Shown here piece after piece: positions 42,087-51,600 of a DNA stretch of 64,000 nucleotides. This DNA comes from Candidatus Eiseniibacteriota bacterium (GTDB taxonomy: Bacteria; Eisenbacteria; RBG-16-71-46; CAIMUX01), in contig JACKCR010000006.1 in NCBI GenBank assembly GCA_020633975.1, forward strand, positions 267,873 to 331,872, read 5' to 3'. The position numbers were made by a program, and so were the translations under genes. The first letter of the stretch is position 1. Each line of letters opens with the position of its first letter. Under the pieces are notes generated by a model. It worked only from the letters and a program-made list of their open reading frames with translations, was not told where the DNA came from and ran no database searches.

Positions 42087-44784
42087 CGGTGCGGGAGGTG
42101 CCGGTGCGCGAGGTTCCGGTACGGGCGGTCCCGGAGCGGGGAGTCCCGACTCGCGGAGTTCCGACTCGCCGAGCGCTACGAGCCGAGGCTCGACGCCTGT
42201 CTCTCCTCGGGACTCCGGGATGCCCCAAGGCTCGGCAACAGCTCGCAGAATTCTCCTCCGCGGCCGCGTCCAAGGCGTCGGGTTCCGACCGTTCGTTCAC
42301 CGGCTCGCGAGCCGACTGGGACTCTCCGGTTGGGTGCGGAATCTCTCCGGGCAGGTCATCATCTACATAGAGGGCCGCGGCGATCGGCTCGACGAGTTCC
42401 AAGCCGCCCTTCTCTCCGACGCACCACCGCTGGCCAGGCCCGAGCTGACGGAGGTCTCGTCCGTCGTCGCTACCGGCATCGAGGGCTTCTTCATCGAGGA
42501 GAGTGTTGGGTCCGGGGTTCGGTCGGGTTTCGAAGCGGGAACGAGTTCGGACTCGACTGCGGACTCAGCCCTGGACTCGACCCCCGACTCGAGGTCGAGT
42601 GCGGGCTCTGGAACCTACGTGCCGCCGGATGTCACCGTTCCCCCCGACATGGCGATGTGCGACGACTGCCGGCGCGAACTCTGGGACACGAAAGACCGCC
42701 GCCATCACTACCCGTTCCTCAACTGCACCCAGTGCGGCCCGCGCTACACGATCATCGCGTCGCTTCCGTACGATCGAGCGCGGACGAGCATGGATCGGTT
42801 CCCCCTCTGCCCCGAGTGCGGCCGCGAGTACCGTGACATCACGGATCGTCGATACCACGCGGAGCCGATTGCGTGTCCGACGTGCGGGCCGGGTTTGGAA
42901 CTCGCCGCTGGTTCGCCGCCGGATCAGTCGCACGACTCATCAACGCATCCGTTACACGGCTCGCCAACGCATCCGTCGCCCCCTTTCGTGTCGGTGGGGT
43001 CACCTTTGGAGGACGCCGTCCAGCTCCTCCGGGACGGTGGCATCCTCGCGATGAAAGGTGTCGGCGGATATCACCTGCTGTGCGACGCGTCTTCCGAAAG
43101 TGCGGTGTCGACGCTACGAGCGAGGAAGGCCCGACCGGGGAAGCCGCTCGCCGTGCTCGTCCCCCGAACCGGCGAAGATGGGTTGGACGTTGCGCGGGAG
43201 GTCGCCCACGTGTCGCCCGCTGCGGCGGAAGCGCTCCTCTCTCCGGCACATCCGATCGTGCTCGTCCCGCGGCGTGATGGCGCGCGCGCATCCGCGAGGC
43301 ACTCGGGGGAGACCCACGCAGAACAGAGCCACGCAGAGCCGAGCCACGAAGAGCAGAGCCACGAACGCTCGCCAGAGCCACGGCTCATCTCGGACGCGGT
43401 CGCGCCCGGATTGACGGATCTCGGCCTTCTCCTGCCGTACTCCCCGCTCCACGAACTCGTGGCGCGCATGTTCGGCGGGCCGCTCGTCGCCACGTCCGGC
43501 AACTCGAGCGGCGAGCCTCTCGTCTTCACCCGCGCGGATGCCGTGAGCTATCTCGACGGTCTTGCGGACGCGTACCTCCACAACGATCGTCCGATCCTTC
43601 GTCCGATCGACGACTCCGTCTATCGTGACCTTGGAGACGTCGTCGTGCCGATCCGTCTGGGACGGGGAGTGGCACCGCTCGAACTCCCGCTACCACGTGC
43701 GTCCAAGCGAGCGCGACTTGCGGTGGGCGGTCACATGAAGAACAGCGTCGCGCTCGGCTGGGGAGATCGAGCCATCCTATCCGGACATCTCGGCGATCTG
43801 GAACGGCCACGCGCGATCGACGCATTCGTCCAGACCGCGGAGAGCCTCCAGGTGCTCTACCGGGTTGCGCCGGAAGAGGTCGTTGCCGACACGCATCCGG
43901 ACTATGCGAGCACGCGGTGGGCGCGGGAGTTCGTTCAGGCGCGTCCTGGCCGTTCGCTTCTCACCGTCCCTCACCACCGGGCCCACGCCTCCGCGCTCGC
44001 GGCCGAGCACTCCGACGTGAAGCGCTGGCTCGTCCTCACCTGGGATGGCGTCGGACTCGGCGAGGATGGGACTCTCTGGGGAGGAGAGGCGTTCCATGGT
44101 GCTCCCGGGAAGTGGCGGCGCGTCGGATCGTTCCGCCCCTTCCGGATTCTCGGAGCAGGTCGTGCCGGTCGCGAACCGAAGAGGTCGGCCGATGGGCTGT
44201 TCTGGGAGAGCGGCTGGGAATCCGTCCTGAAGACTGATCCGATCGCGCACGCCGCTTGGAAGCGAAACCTCGGTTGTGCGGAAACCACCGCGGTAGGGCG
44301 GCTGTTCGATGCGGCCGCGGCAGTTCTCACAGGGCGGACACACTACGACTTCGAGGCTCAGGGCCCGATGGAGCTGGAAGCTCTGGCCGACGCCTGCCCC
44401 CAGGAGGCAGTACCGATTGGTTCCTCGCGGGGTCTGCGTCTTCCACTGCACAAAGACGACGAGGGGCTGCTGCGTGTCAACTGGCGGCCGTTCATCTCCC
44501 TCTTCAGGAGTGCATCCACACTCGACCCGAGGATAGCGGCCGCTGGGTTCCACGCCGCGCTGGCCGACGCCGCCGTACGTCTCGCGCTCCGCGTGTACGA
44601 GGAAACGCCGTTCGACGCACTCGGACTCTCCGGCGGTGTCTTCCAGAATCGGAGGTTGACCCGGGAGGTGTGGTCGCGGTGCGCTTCCTCCGGTCTCGAC
44701 GTACGGATCGCGCGACAGGTTCCGATGAACGACGGCGGGCTCGCCTATGGACAGCTCGTCGAGGCCGTAGCGACGGAGGGCTAA
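42079..44784 (+). CDS. hypF: Carbamoyltransferase HypF with repeat-encoded low-complexity N-terminal extension and internal linkers
   Basis: In-frame ATG 42079 overlaps the hypD stop by 8 nt, the same geometry as the hypA/B and hypC/D junctions; an alternative start is ATG 42220. Acylphosphatase motif RVQGVGFRPFV; two Zn fingers (CDDC...CTQC, CPEC...CPTC); YrdC (GGYHLLCDA); Kae1-like (VADTHPDY..HHRAH) domains. Confidence 0.85.
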   Translation: MRDGAGGAGARGSGTGGPGAGSPDSRSSDSPSATSRGSTPVSPRDSGMPQGSATARRILLRGRVQGVGFRPFVHRLASRLGLSGWVRNLSGQVIIYIEGRGDRLDEFQAALLSDAPPLARPELTEVSSVVATGIEGFFIEESVGSGVRSGFEAGTSSDSTADSALDSTPDSRSSAGSGTYVPPDVTVPPDMAMCDDCRRELWDTKDRRHHYPFLNCTQCGPRYTIIASLPYDRARTSMDRFPLCPECGREYRDITDRRYHAEPIACPTCGPGLELAAGSPPDQSHDSSTHPLHGSPTHPSPPFVSVGSPLEDAVQLLRDGGILAMKGVGGYHLLCDASSESAVSTLRARKARPGKPLAVLVPRTGEDGLDVAREVAHVSPAAAEALLSPAHPIVLVPRRDGARASARHSGETHAEQSHAEPSHEEQSHERSPEPRLISDAVAPGLTDLGLLLPYSPLHELVARMFGGPLVATSGNSSGEPLVFTRADAVSYLDGLADAYLHNDRPILRPIDDSVYRDLGDVVVPIRLGRGVAPLELPLPRASKRARLAVGGHMKNSVALGWGDRAILSGHLGDLERPRAIDAFVQTAESLQVLYRVAPEEVVADTHPDYASTRWAREFVQARPGRSLLTVPHHRAHASALAAEHSDVKRWLVLTWDGVGLGEDGTLWGGEAFHGAPGKWRRVGSFRPFRILGAGRAGREPKRSADGLFWESGWESVLKTDPIAHAAWKRNLGCAETTAVGRLFDAAAAVLTGRTHYDFEAQGPMELEALADACPQEAVPIGSSRGLRLPLHKDDEGLLRVNWRPFISLFRSASTLDPRIAAAGFHAALADAAVRLALRVYEETPFDALGLSGGVFQNRRLTREVWSRCASSGLDVRIARQVPMNDGGLAYGQLVEAVATEG
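42088..42177 (+). repeat. Six imperfect 15-bp tandem repeats (GGTGCGGGAGGTGCC-like) encoding Gly/Ser-rich pentapeptides at the 5' end of hypF
   Basis: Units at 42088, 42103, 42118, 42133, 42148, 42163. Related repeat-encoded linkers elsewhere in hypF: 4 x 12 bp at 42550-42597 (DSxx) and 4 x 15 bp at 43315-43374 (HAEQS HAEPS HEEQS HERSP). Confidence 0.8.
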
Positions 44785-44789
44785 AGCGG

Positions 44790-45794
44790 ATGCACGACGC
44801 GGAACGGATCACGCTCGCACACGGCAACGGTGGACGTCGCACTCGGGAACTGATCGACGAGATCTTCGCGACCCGACTCGGTGGACCGGATCTCGACACC
44901 GAGGTCGATGCCGCGCGGCTGCGTCTCCCCGGTGACGACTGGGCCGTCACGGTCGACGGCTTCACGGTCGAGCCGATCGAGTTCCCCGGTGGGGACATCG
45001 GTGCACTCGCCGTCCACGGCACGGTCAACGACCTCTCCGTCTCGGGAGCCGAGCCCGTCCATCTGTCGGTATCGGCGTTCCTCGAGGAAGGGCTCGAGTT
45101 CGAGGTCCTCGTCCGGCTCGTAGACAGCTTCGCGCGAGCCGCGAAGGAAGCTGGGGTGACAGTCGTAGCGGGCGACACGAAGGTCGTCCCGCGAGGACAC
45201 GGAGGAGGGGCGTACTTCACGACCACCGGTCTCGGGCGGATCGTTCGCGGCGATCTCTCTGCGAAGTCAGTGCGACCGGGAGACGTGATCCTCGTCAGCG
45301 GACCGGTGGGAGACCACGGCATTGCCGTGATGCTCGCGCGCGAGAGCTTCGACCTACGAGGTGACGTGCGGTCCGACTGTGCTTCGGTGTTGCCGCTCTG
45401 CAAGACGGTGTGGGATGTCCCCGGACTTCGCTTCCTCCGAGACCCCACGCGTGGGGGAATCGCGACCGTTGCGCACGAGCTGTCGCGCGCGGCGCGGGCC
45501 ACAGTGCGGCTACGCGAGGCGGAGATCCCCGTGCGCGACCCGGTCCGCGGAGTGTGTGAGATGCTCGGATATGATCCGTACTACCTCGCGTGTGAAGGGC
45601 GGGTCGTCGCGGTCGTCGCTCCGGACGAGGCGGACGTCGTGTTGGAACGGTGGAGGAACGCTGACGGCGGAGCAGACGCGAGGCTCATCGGTCGCGTAGA
45701 CGAAGGTCCGGCGCGGGTCGTGCTCGAGACGTCGATCGGCGGGAGTCGGATCCTGGACGAGCTGGAGGATGATCCGTTGCCGCGGATCTGTTGA
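44790..45794 (+). CDS. hypE: Hydrogenase maturation factor HypE
   Basis: ATG 44790, 5 nt after the hypF stop. AIR-synthase-like fold; terminates in the conserved ...PRIC cysteine. Confidence 0.9.
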   Translation: MHDAERITLAHGNGGRRTRELIDEIFATRLGGPDLDTEVDAARLRLPGDDWAVTVDGFTVEPIEFPGGDIGALAVHGTVNDLSVSGAEPVHLSVSAFLEEGLEFEVLVRLVDSFARAAKEAGVTVVAGDTKVVPRGHGGGAYFTTTGLGRIVRGDLSAKSVRPGDVILVSGPVGDHGIAVMLARESFDLRGDVRSDCASVLPLCKTVWDVPGLRFLRDPTRGGIATVAHELSRAARATVRLREAEIPVRDPVRGVCEMLGYDPYYLACEGRVVAVVAPDEADVVLERWRNADGGADARLIGRVDEGPARVVLETSIGGSRILDELEDDPLPRIC

Positions 45795-46930
45795 CGGGGA
45801 CCGGAGAGATCGAACTCTCCGGTACTGGCCGCGACCTTGCGCTCGCAAACGAACATCTCTATCTCGTCGAGGGCTCGACCGTTCGGATCTTCGATGTCGC
45901 CGATCCAGATTCGCCGGCGGAAGTCGGGATGTTCGCGGCGTCGGGATGGGTTGTTGGGGCCGAAGTCTCTGGCTCACTGCTCTTCGTCGCGGTCCAATCC
46001 TCAGGGCTTGTAGTGGTGGATGTCGGAGACCCCACGAATCCTCAGACGCTCGGGGCCGTAGCGACTCCAGGACAGCCAATCGGCTTGGCTGTTGCGAACG
46101 ATCACGCCTTCCTCACCGGAGGGAGCGCGGGAGTGTGGATCGTGGACGTGTCGGATCCCTTCGATCCGGTCCTGCTGGCGACCGCAGATGCACCGGGGTG
46201 GGCCAGTTGCGTGATCGCAACCGCGAGGGTGTCGAGGATGTGGTTGCAGTGGGACAGTTCGCCTACGTTGGGTCCTATGGGAGCTTTCGTGTCGTGGACT
46301 TGGCCGATCCGTACGCCCCTTCAGTCATTGGATCGATCGCGCTGGCGAGTCCCACGGATATCGATGTGGTCGGCGACTACGCCTACGTGGTCGACAGGAA
46401 CACTACCGCAGGGTTCAAAGCCATCGACGTTTCGGATCCCGCCAATCCGGTAGTCGCGGGGAGCGTGGACATCGGTGCGTCGGCCAACGACGTCGTCGCT
46501 TCCGGAGACTTCGCCTACGTCGCTCACCGTACCAACGGATTACGAGTTCTGGATATCTCGACACCTTCCGCTCCATCACTTCTGACGACACTGCCCACGA
46601 ACTCCGCGGAAAGCCTGGCTATCGAAGGGAATCTGCTCTACCTGATCGATGATGGGGACCTGCTGGTGATCGATGTCTCCGTCCCCGAGTTCCTCGACGT
46701 TCCTCTTCACGCTGTCGCCCGACAGTGCCGACCATTCGGAGGCCGCAGTCTTCGACGTACGAGGCCGAGAGGTTCGTTCGCTGGAAGCTCCGCGCGCGCG
46801 GAGTGGTGGGTTCAGCTTCGGGTGGGATGGACGGGACGATGGTGGCCGACGAGTGCCCGCGGGTACCTACTACGTCCGGGTGAAGTCGCCTCGCGGGGAT
46901 GTGGCCGCGCGAGTGGTCCTGGTTCGATGA
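45791..46930 (+). pseudogene. LVIVD-repeat beta-propeller gene with Por/T9SS-type CTD, disrupted by two compensating frameshifts and lacking a signal peptide (gene remnant or homopolymer indel errors)
   Basis: LVIVD repeats read in frame 2 (45791 to about 46213), then frame 1 (about 46238 to 46690), then frame 2 again for the CTD (FLFTLSPDSADHSEAAVFDVRGREVRSL...PAGTYYVRVKSPRGDVAARVVLVR). Junctions lie at G4 and C4 runs. The first codon is TTG abutting the hypE stop, with no signal peptide. Confidence 0.6.
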
Positions 46931-47376
46931 TGCGTTGATCCCCGGGGGGCGGCCACGTGGTCCTTCGGCCGTACGGCCCGGCGGGCTGCGGCCGACCCTC
47001 CTCGCCGTTCCCAACGATTTGAAGCTCTCGATTCCGCCGGTTCTGCGACCCGTTCGCGCATTGCTTGGCGTTCCAACCGCCCTCTCCGGGGCGGGGAGAG
47101 ATGCACCAACTCGGCCAGGAGCGGCTGTCCACGTCGTTGCAGTTGCTCGTCTTCGCGGCCGGTTTGGCGTCTGCGACCGGCCCGACACCGTCGGACCCCT
47201 CGACGACTTCGCCACCTGGCTTCGCGCGCGACGACTGGCGCGCGACCACCAGATCCCGCACATGGTCCCTCCTGTCCAACTCGCTGGACACCCCGCTTTC
47301 ACCCCTCGACCAACGTCAACCATCCTCCGCTTCCGTCCGGGAAACCCCACCACAACCTCGCGTACCGCGCGTCGAC

Positions 47377-47695
47377 GACCGTCAACACCCACAACACCCT
47401 CGCGGAACGCCGTCCGCCGACCGTCGACACCCACAACACCCTCGCGGAACGCTGTCCGCCGACCGTCGACACCCACAACAGCCTCGCGGAATGCCGCGCC
47501 GCCGACCGTCGATACCCACAACAGCCTCGCGGAACGCCGTCCGCCGACCGTCGACACCCGCAACAGCCTCGCGGAATGCTGTCCGCCGACCGTCGACACC
47601 CACAACAGCCTCGCGGAATGCCGTCCGCCGACCGTCGACACCCGCAACAGCCTCGCGGAATGCCGTCCGCCGAGCGGCGACACCCACAACACACA
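47377..47695. repeat. Tandem minisatellite, about 7.5 copies of a 42-bp unit (GACCGTCGACACCCACAACAGCCTCGCGGAATGCCGTCCGCC-like; one copy 43 bp)
   Basis: Copies start at 47377, 47419, 47461, 47504, 47546, 47588, 47630, 47672. No unique spacers, so not CRISPR. Frame broken by the 43-bp copy; no convincing gene in any frame. Confidence 0.8.
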
Positions 47696-47969
47696 TGCTG
47701 CAGTGCCCTTTTACGGCCGGCGAACAGCTCGACGCCATCCGGGAACGCCATTTCCCGCCCGTCCGACCCCGCAACCAACTAGACGCCCCCGCTCCAACCG
47801 CTCCGCGCGCACGAATGTCGTCTCCCCGGGCGTCTGCTTCGCGGTACTCGAGGACTCGGGCGGCGGGAAGTGTGTGCGGAAGATGACGCTCGTTAGGTGA
47901 TGTGTTCAGGCGCGGATGCTTGACGCAATCGTGAGCGCAAGCATCCGTGTGTGGGCCTCAGATAGCGTG

Positions 47970-48527
47970 CTATAGGTCCAGAACGAGTGAGAGTCCGCTG
48001 AAGCTGCCCGTCGAGAAGTAGCGGTTCGTAACGGTGTCGACGACGAGCCCGCGGTCCGGATCGTATCTTTCTTGCGGCGTCTCGTACGAGTTGTAGCTGG
48101 CCGAGATTCCGATCCTTCCTTCTACCGAGAACCTGTCGCTGATGGGATGGGAGACGCCGACGCCGAGCGTCGCGTAGTAGCCGTTTCTGGTATCGGCAAT
48201 GAGATCGTCGTCGGTAGAACCCGTCACAAGCGCGAACGTCTTGCCGATAGTCCCCCGGAAGAAGGTCTTCGTTTCGCCCGACGTTCCGATAGCCGACTGG
48301 ATCCCGACGAAGGGGAAGAGGGTCCACGTGGTCTCCTTGAGCACGTACTGACGGTACGAGACTCCGAAGTCGACACCGTAGATGGCCTGGATGCCTCCCA
48401 CCTGGCTTCGGAGTTCCACCCCTGGCGATGAACCGAATGCGATCGAGGTTGCGTCCACCCGAGCCGGAGCGGCGATGCAGGCCAGAGCGGCCAAGGTGCC
48501 GAGGATGAGAAGATTGCGAGTACCCAT
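47970..48527 (-). CDS. Small outer-membrane beta-barrel-like protein (185 aa)
   Basis: ATG 48527..48525 with GGGAGGAAATC upstream. Signal peptide MGTRNLLILGTLAALACIAAPARVDA. Alternating amphipathic strands; the rest of the track ORF is noise. Confidence 0.55.
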   Translation of the reverse strand: MGTRNLLILGTLAALACIAAPARVDATSIAFGSSPGVELRSQVGGIQAIYGVDFGVSYRQYVLKETTWTLFPFVGIQSAIGTSGETKTFFRGTIGKTFALVTGSTDDDLIADTRNGYYATLGVGVSHPISDRFSVEGRIGISASYNSYETPQERYDPDRGLVVDTVTNRYFSTGSFSGLSLVLDL

Positions 48528-48666
48528 GATTTCCTCCCGGGTGAGGGTTGTCAGTGCTTGAACCTGACAGCCTTTGGCTCGGGAGGGAGCGGTTATCGCG
48601 GGCGTTGATCCCGATGTCTTCGATTTGGTGAGGTGCCTGGAGCGATTCGAACGTGGGTCCCCGGCT

Positions 48667-51600
48667 CTAGCGGGGTAGTGGCTCCGGGCCCGCCCCCAAC
48701 GCGTACGCCACCAACTGCTCGAAGCCGAGTTCCTTTCCGGCTGCCTGGAGCCGGTCCCACTCGCCTCTACTGACCTGGCTCCGCAATCGAGACTCCGCCT
48801 CGGCCAACTGCGCCTCGTCCTCGGGCGTAAGGCGGACACCGCTCTCCGTCCGGTGGGCTTCGTTGGCGACGAGCAATATCGCGGTCCGGCTCCAGTCCTC
48901 CTCGAGCGATGCGAGCAGCGTGAGCCCCACGATCGTGTTCGCGGACCCCGCGCGGTCCGCGAGACCGTGCCGAATCCCGAGACTCTCCCGGTACAGCTCT
49001 CGTGCTCGTTCCGCCTCCGCAAGTTCTCGCGCCACGTCGGCGAGGTTGTTGAGCACCTGCGCCACCGCCGCCTGCTGCCCGAGCTGGCGAAGAATGTCGA
49101 GACTCTCCTCGTAGTGCGATCGTGCTTCGAGGGGCTTCCCGAGCAGCGCGAAGTTCACGCCGAGGTTGTTGAGGACGACCCCCTGTCCGTGTCGGTTGCC
49201 GAGTTCTCTTTGCATGTCGAGGCTCTCGGAATGCCGGCGGACCGCGGTTTCGAGGTCCCCGAGATCACGAGCGAGGTTGCCGAGACCGTTGAGGACGTTC
49301 GCGACCCCGATCTGGTCTCCCGCGTCTCGATGGACGACCAGGCTCTCTTCGTACCACGAGTTTGCGCGCGCCTTGTCACCTTGGCGCAGTGCCACCGACC
49401 CGAGGAGCATGAGGGTCCGTGCTTCGCCGCGCTTGTCTCCGAGCTCCCGGAAGACCGTGAGATTCTCCTCGATCAGCGTCTTCGCGCCCGCCAAGTCGTG
49501 TTGACGAATCGCGAGGTCTCCGAGTCCGACTCCTGCACGCGCCACTCCCGCGCGGTCGCCCGTTGCCTTGTAGATGGCGAGACATGCTTCGAGAAGCTCG
49601 CGTGCTTCCTGGTAGTGCCCCTGCTCTGCGGCGAGGAGGCTGGCGCACTTGAGGGCTTCCGCTCGCGTTGGAGTCGGTGAGTCCTCGCAGAGACGGAGGA
49701 ACTCTTCACAGAGGGATCGGCCCTCGGTCCAGTAGCCCCGGAGGTGCCAGAACACCTGGAGGGAGCCGGCGATCTGGAGTCCGAGTTCGTGGATCGAAGG
49801 TTCGGAGCGGCTCGTGGCGAGCGCCCGGCGGAAGTTCGGGAGCTCGAGTTCGAGCTGGACGAGCCAACTCTCTTGCTCCGGGCCGAGGAGGAAGCTCTGC
49901 GCCTCTTTCGCAAGATCGGCGAAGAACTCGCAGTGTGCGAGCGCGGCGTTCTTCCACTCGCCCGAGTCCATGAGTAGCTGGGAGGCGTAGTCGCGAACAG
50001 TCTCCAGCGTCCCGTACCGAAGCACGCCGGGGTTCTGGTCCGAGGAATGGACTTCGAGGAGCGACTTGTCGGCCAGGCGCGCGAGGTGATCGAGTACGTC
50101 CCACTCGTCGACGCCGCCCGCTGCGCACACCCGCTCCGCCGCTTCGACCGAGAACCCGCCGGAGAAGGCGCCTACGTGGCGAAGCACGGTTCGGTCTTCG
50201 GGGGGGAGCTGCTCGTAGCTCCAGTCGATGAGGGACCGAAGTGTCTGATGGTGGGGGACACCCGCTCTGCTTCCGCCTCCGAGCAGCCGGAATCGCTGGT
50301 CGAGTCGACTCGCGATCCGGGCGACCGTCATGGTTCGCACGCGTACCGCCGCGAGTTCGACGGCGAGAGGAATGCCGTCGAGTCGGCGGCAGATCTCCGC
50401 CACGTCTCCGGCGTTCTGCGCGCTCAGCACGAAGCCAGGGTGCGCGGCCCGCGCGCGGTCCACGAACAGCTCGACGGCTTCTGTCTCCGCCAGCGCCCGC
50501 GGATCGGCCATCCCTTCCGGTGGGAGTCCGAGGTTCGAGAGCGGAAACACGGACTCGCCCGAGATGGAAAGGGCCTCTCGACTGGTCACGAGGATCCTCA
50601 GCTCGGGACTGGCGCCGAGGAGCCGCTCGGAAAGACGAGCGCAAGGCTCGAGCAGCCGGTCCGCGTTGTCGAGGACGAGGAGGCAGGGCCGGCTCGCTAC
50701 GTGCTCGGAGAGGAGGTCTACCCACTCTCGGCCGGGCGCTTCTTTGAGGCCGAGCGTACTCGCCACCGTTTGTGCGACCAGATCGGGATCCGCGATTGCT
50801 GCCAGGTCGACGAGCCAAGCACCGCCCGTGAAGGTACCGAGCGAGTCTCGAGCGACCTCGAGTGCCAGTCGGGTCTTTCCAGTTCCGCCGAAGCCCGTGA
50901 TCGTTACGAAACGGCTTCCTTCGAGAAGCCGCGCGAGTTTCGCTTTCGACTCTGATCGACCGACGAACTTCGTGATCGGCAGCGGAATGTTCGTCCGGGT
51001 GATGTCGGCCCCAGACAAGGTCTCATCGATGGTCGACGTGTCGGCCAGGGTCGGTTCGGTGGTGAACTCGAGCCCGCGGCCCATGAGGGCGTCGAGCAGC
51101 TGTTCGACCCTCGCGAACCTCTCGGTCGGTTCCTTGCGGAGGCACTTCGCGATGACCGCATCCCAGCGTTCTCCGATCGCAGGCGCGAGCGAGCGGGCCG
51201 GCCTCGGATCCTCGGAGACTCTTCGCCAAGCGGCCTCCATCGGTGTCTTCCCGGTGAACGGGAGCCGTCCGGTCACGATTTCGTAGAGAACGATCCCGAA
51301 CGCGTAGATGTCCGCGGCGGGGCCGACGTGCTGTCCCAGCACCTGTTCCGGGGCCATATAGGCCGGGGTGCCGACGATACCGCCGGTCGTTGCCGAGTCT
51401 CCATGCGGCTGCGGCACCTCGCGACCCGTGAACTGGGCGATCCCGAAGTCCGTGATGACGGCCCGTTCTCTTCCGCCCTGAGGGACGAGCATGACGTTCC
51501 CGCACTTGAAGTCCCGATGAACGACTCCGCATCTGTGAGCCGCTCCGAGTCCGGTCGCCATGTCGGCTACGTAGGGGGTGGCTTCCTCGATCCCAAGTGG

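Noticed and set aside
47377-47695. CRISPR array?
   Set aside because: Pure tandem repeat with no unique spacers and no cas genes; classified as minisatellite.
48611-48666. tRNA-like T-loop sequence GTTCGAATC and a ...CACCA end on the minus strand between the STAND kinase and OMP genes
   Set aside because: No acceptor-stem complementarity, no D-arm or anticodon arm can be drawn; TTCGAA is a simple palindrome; treated as coincidence.
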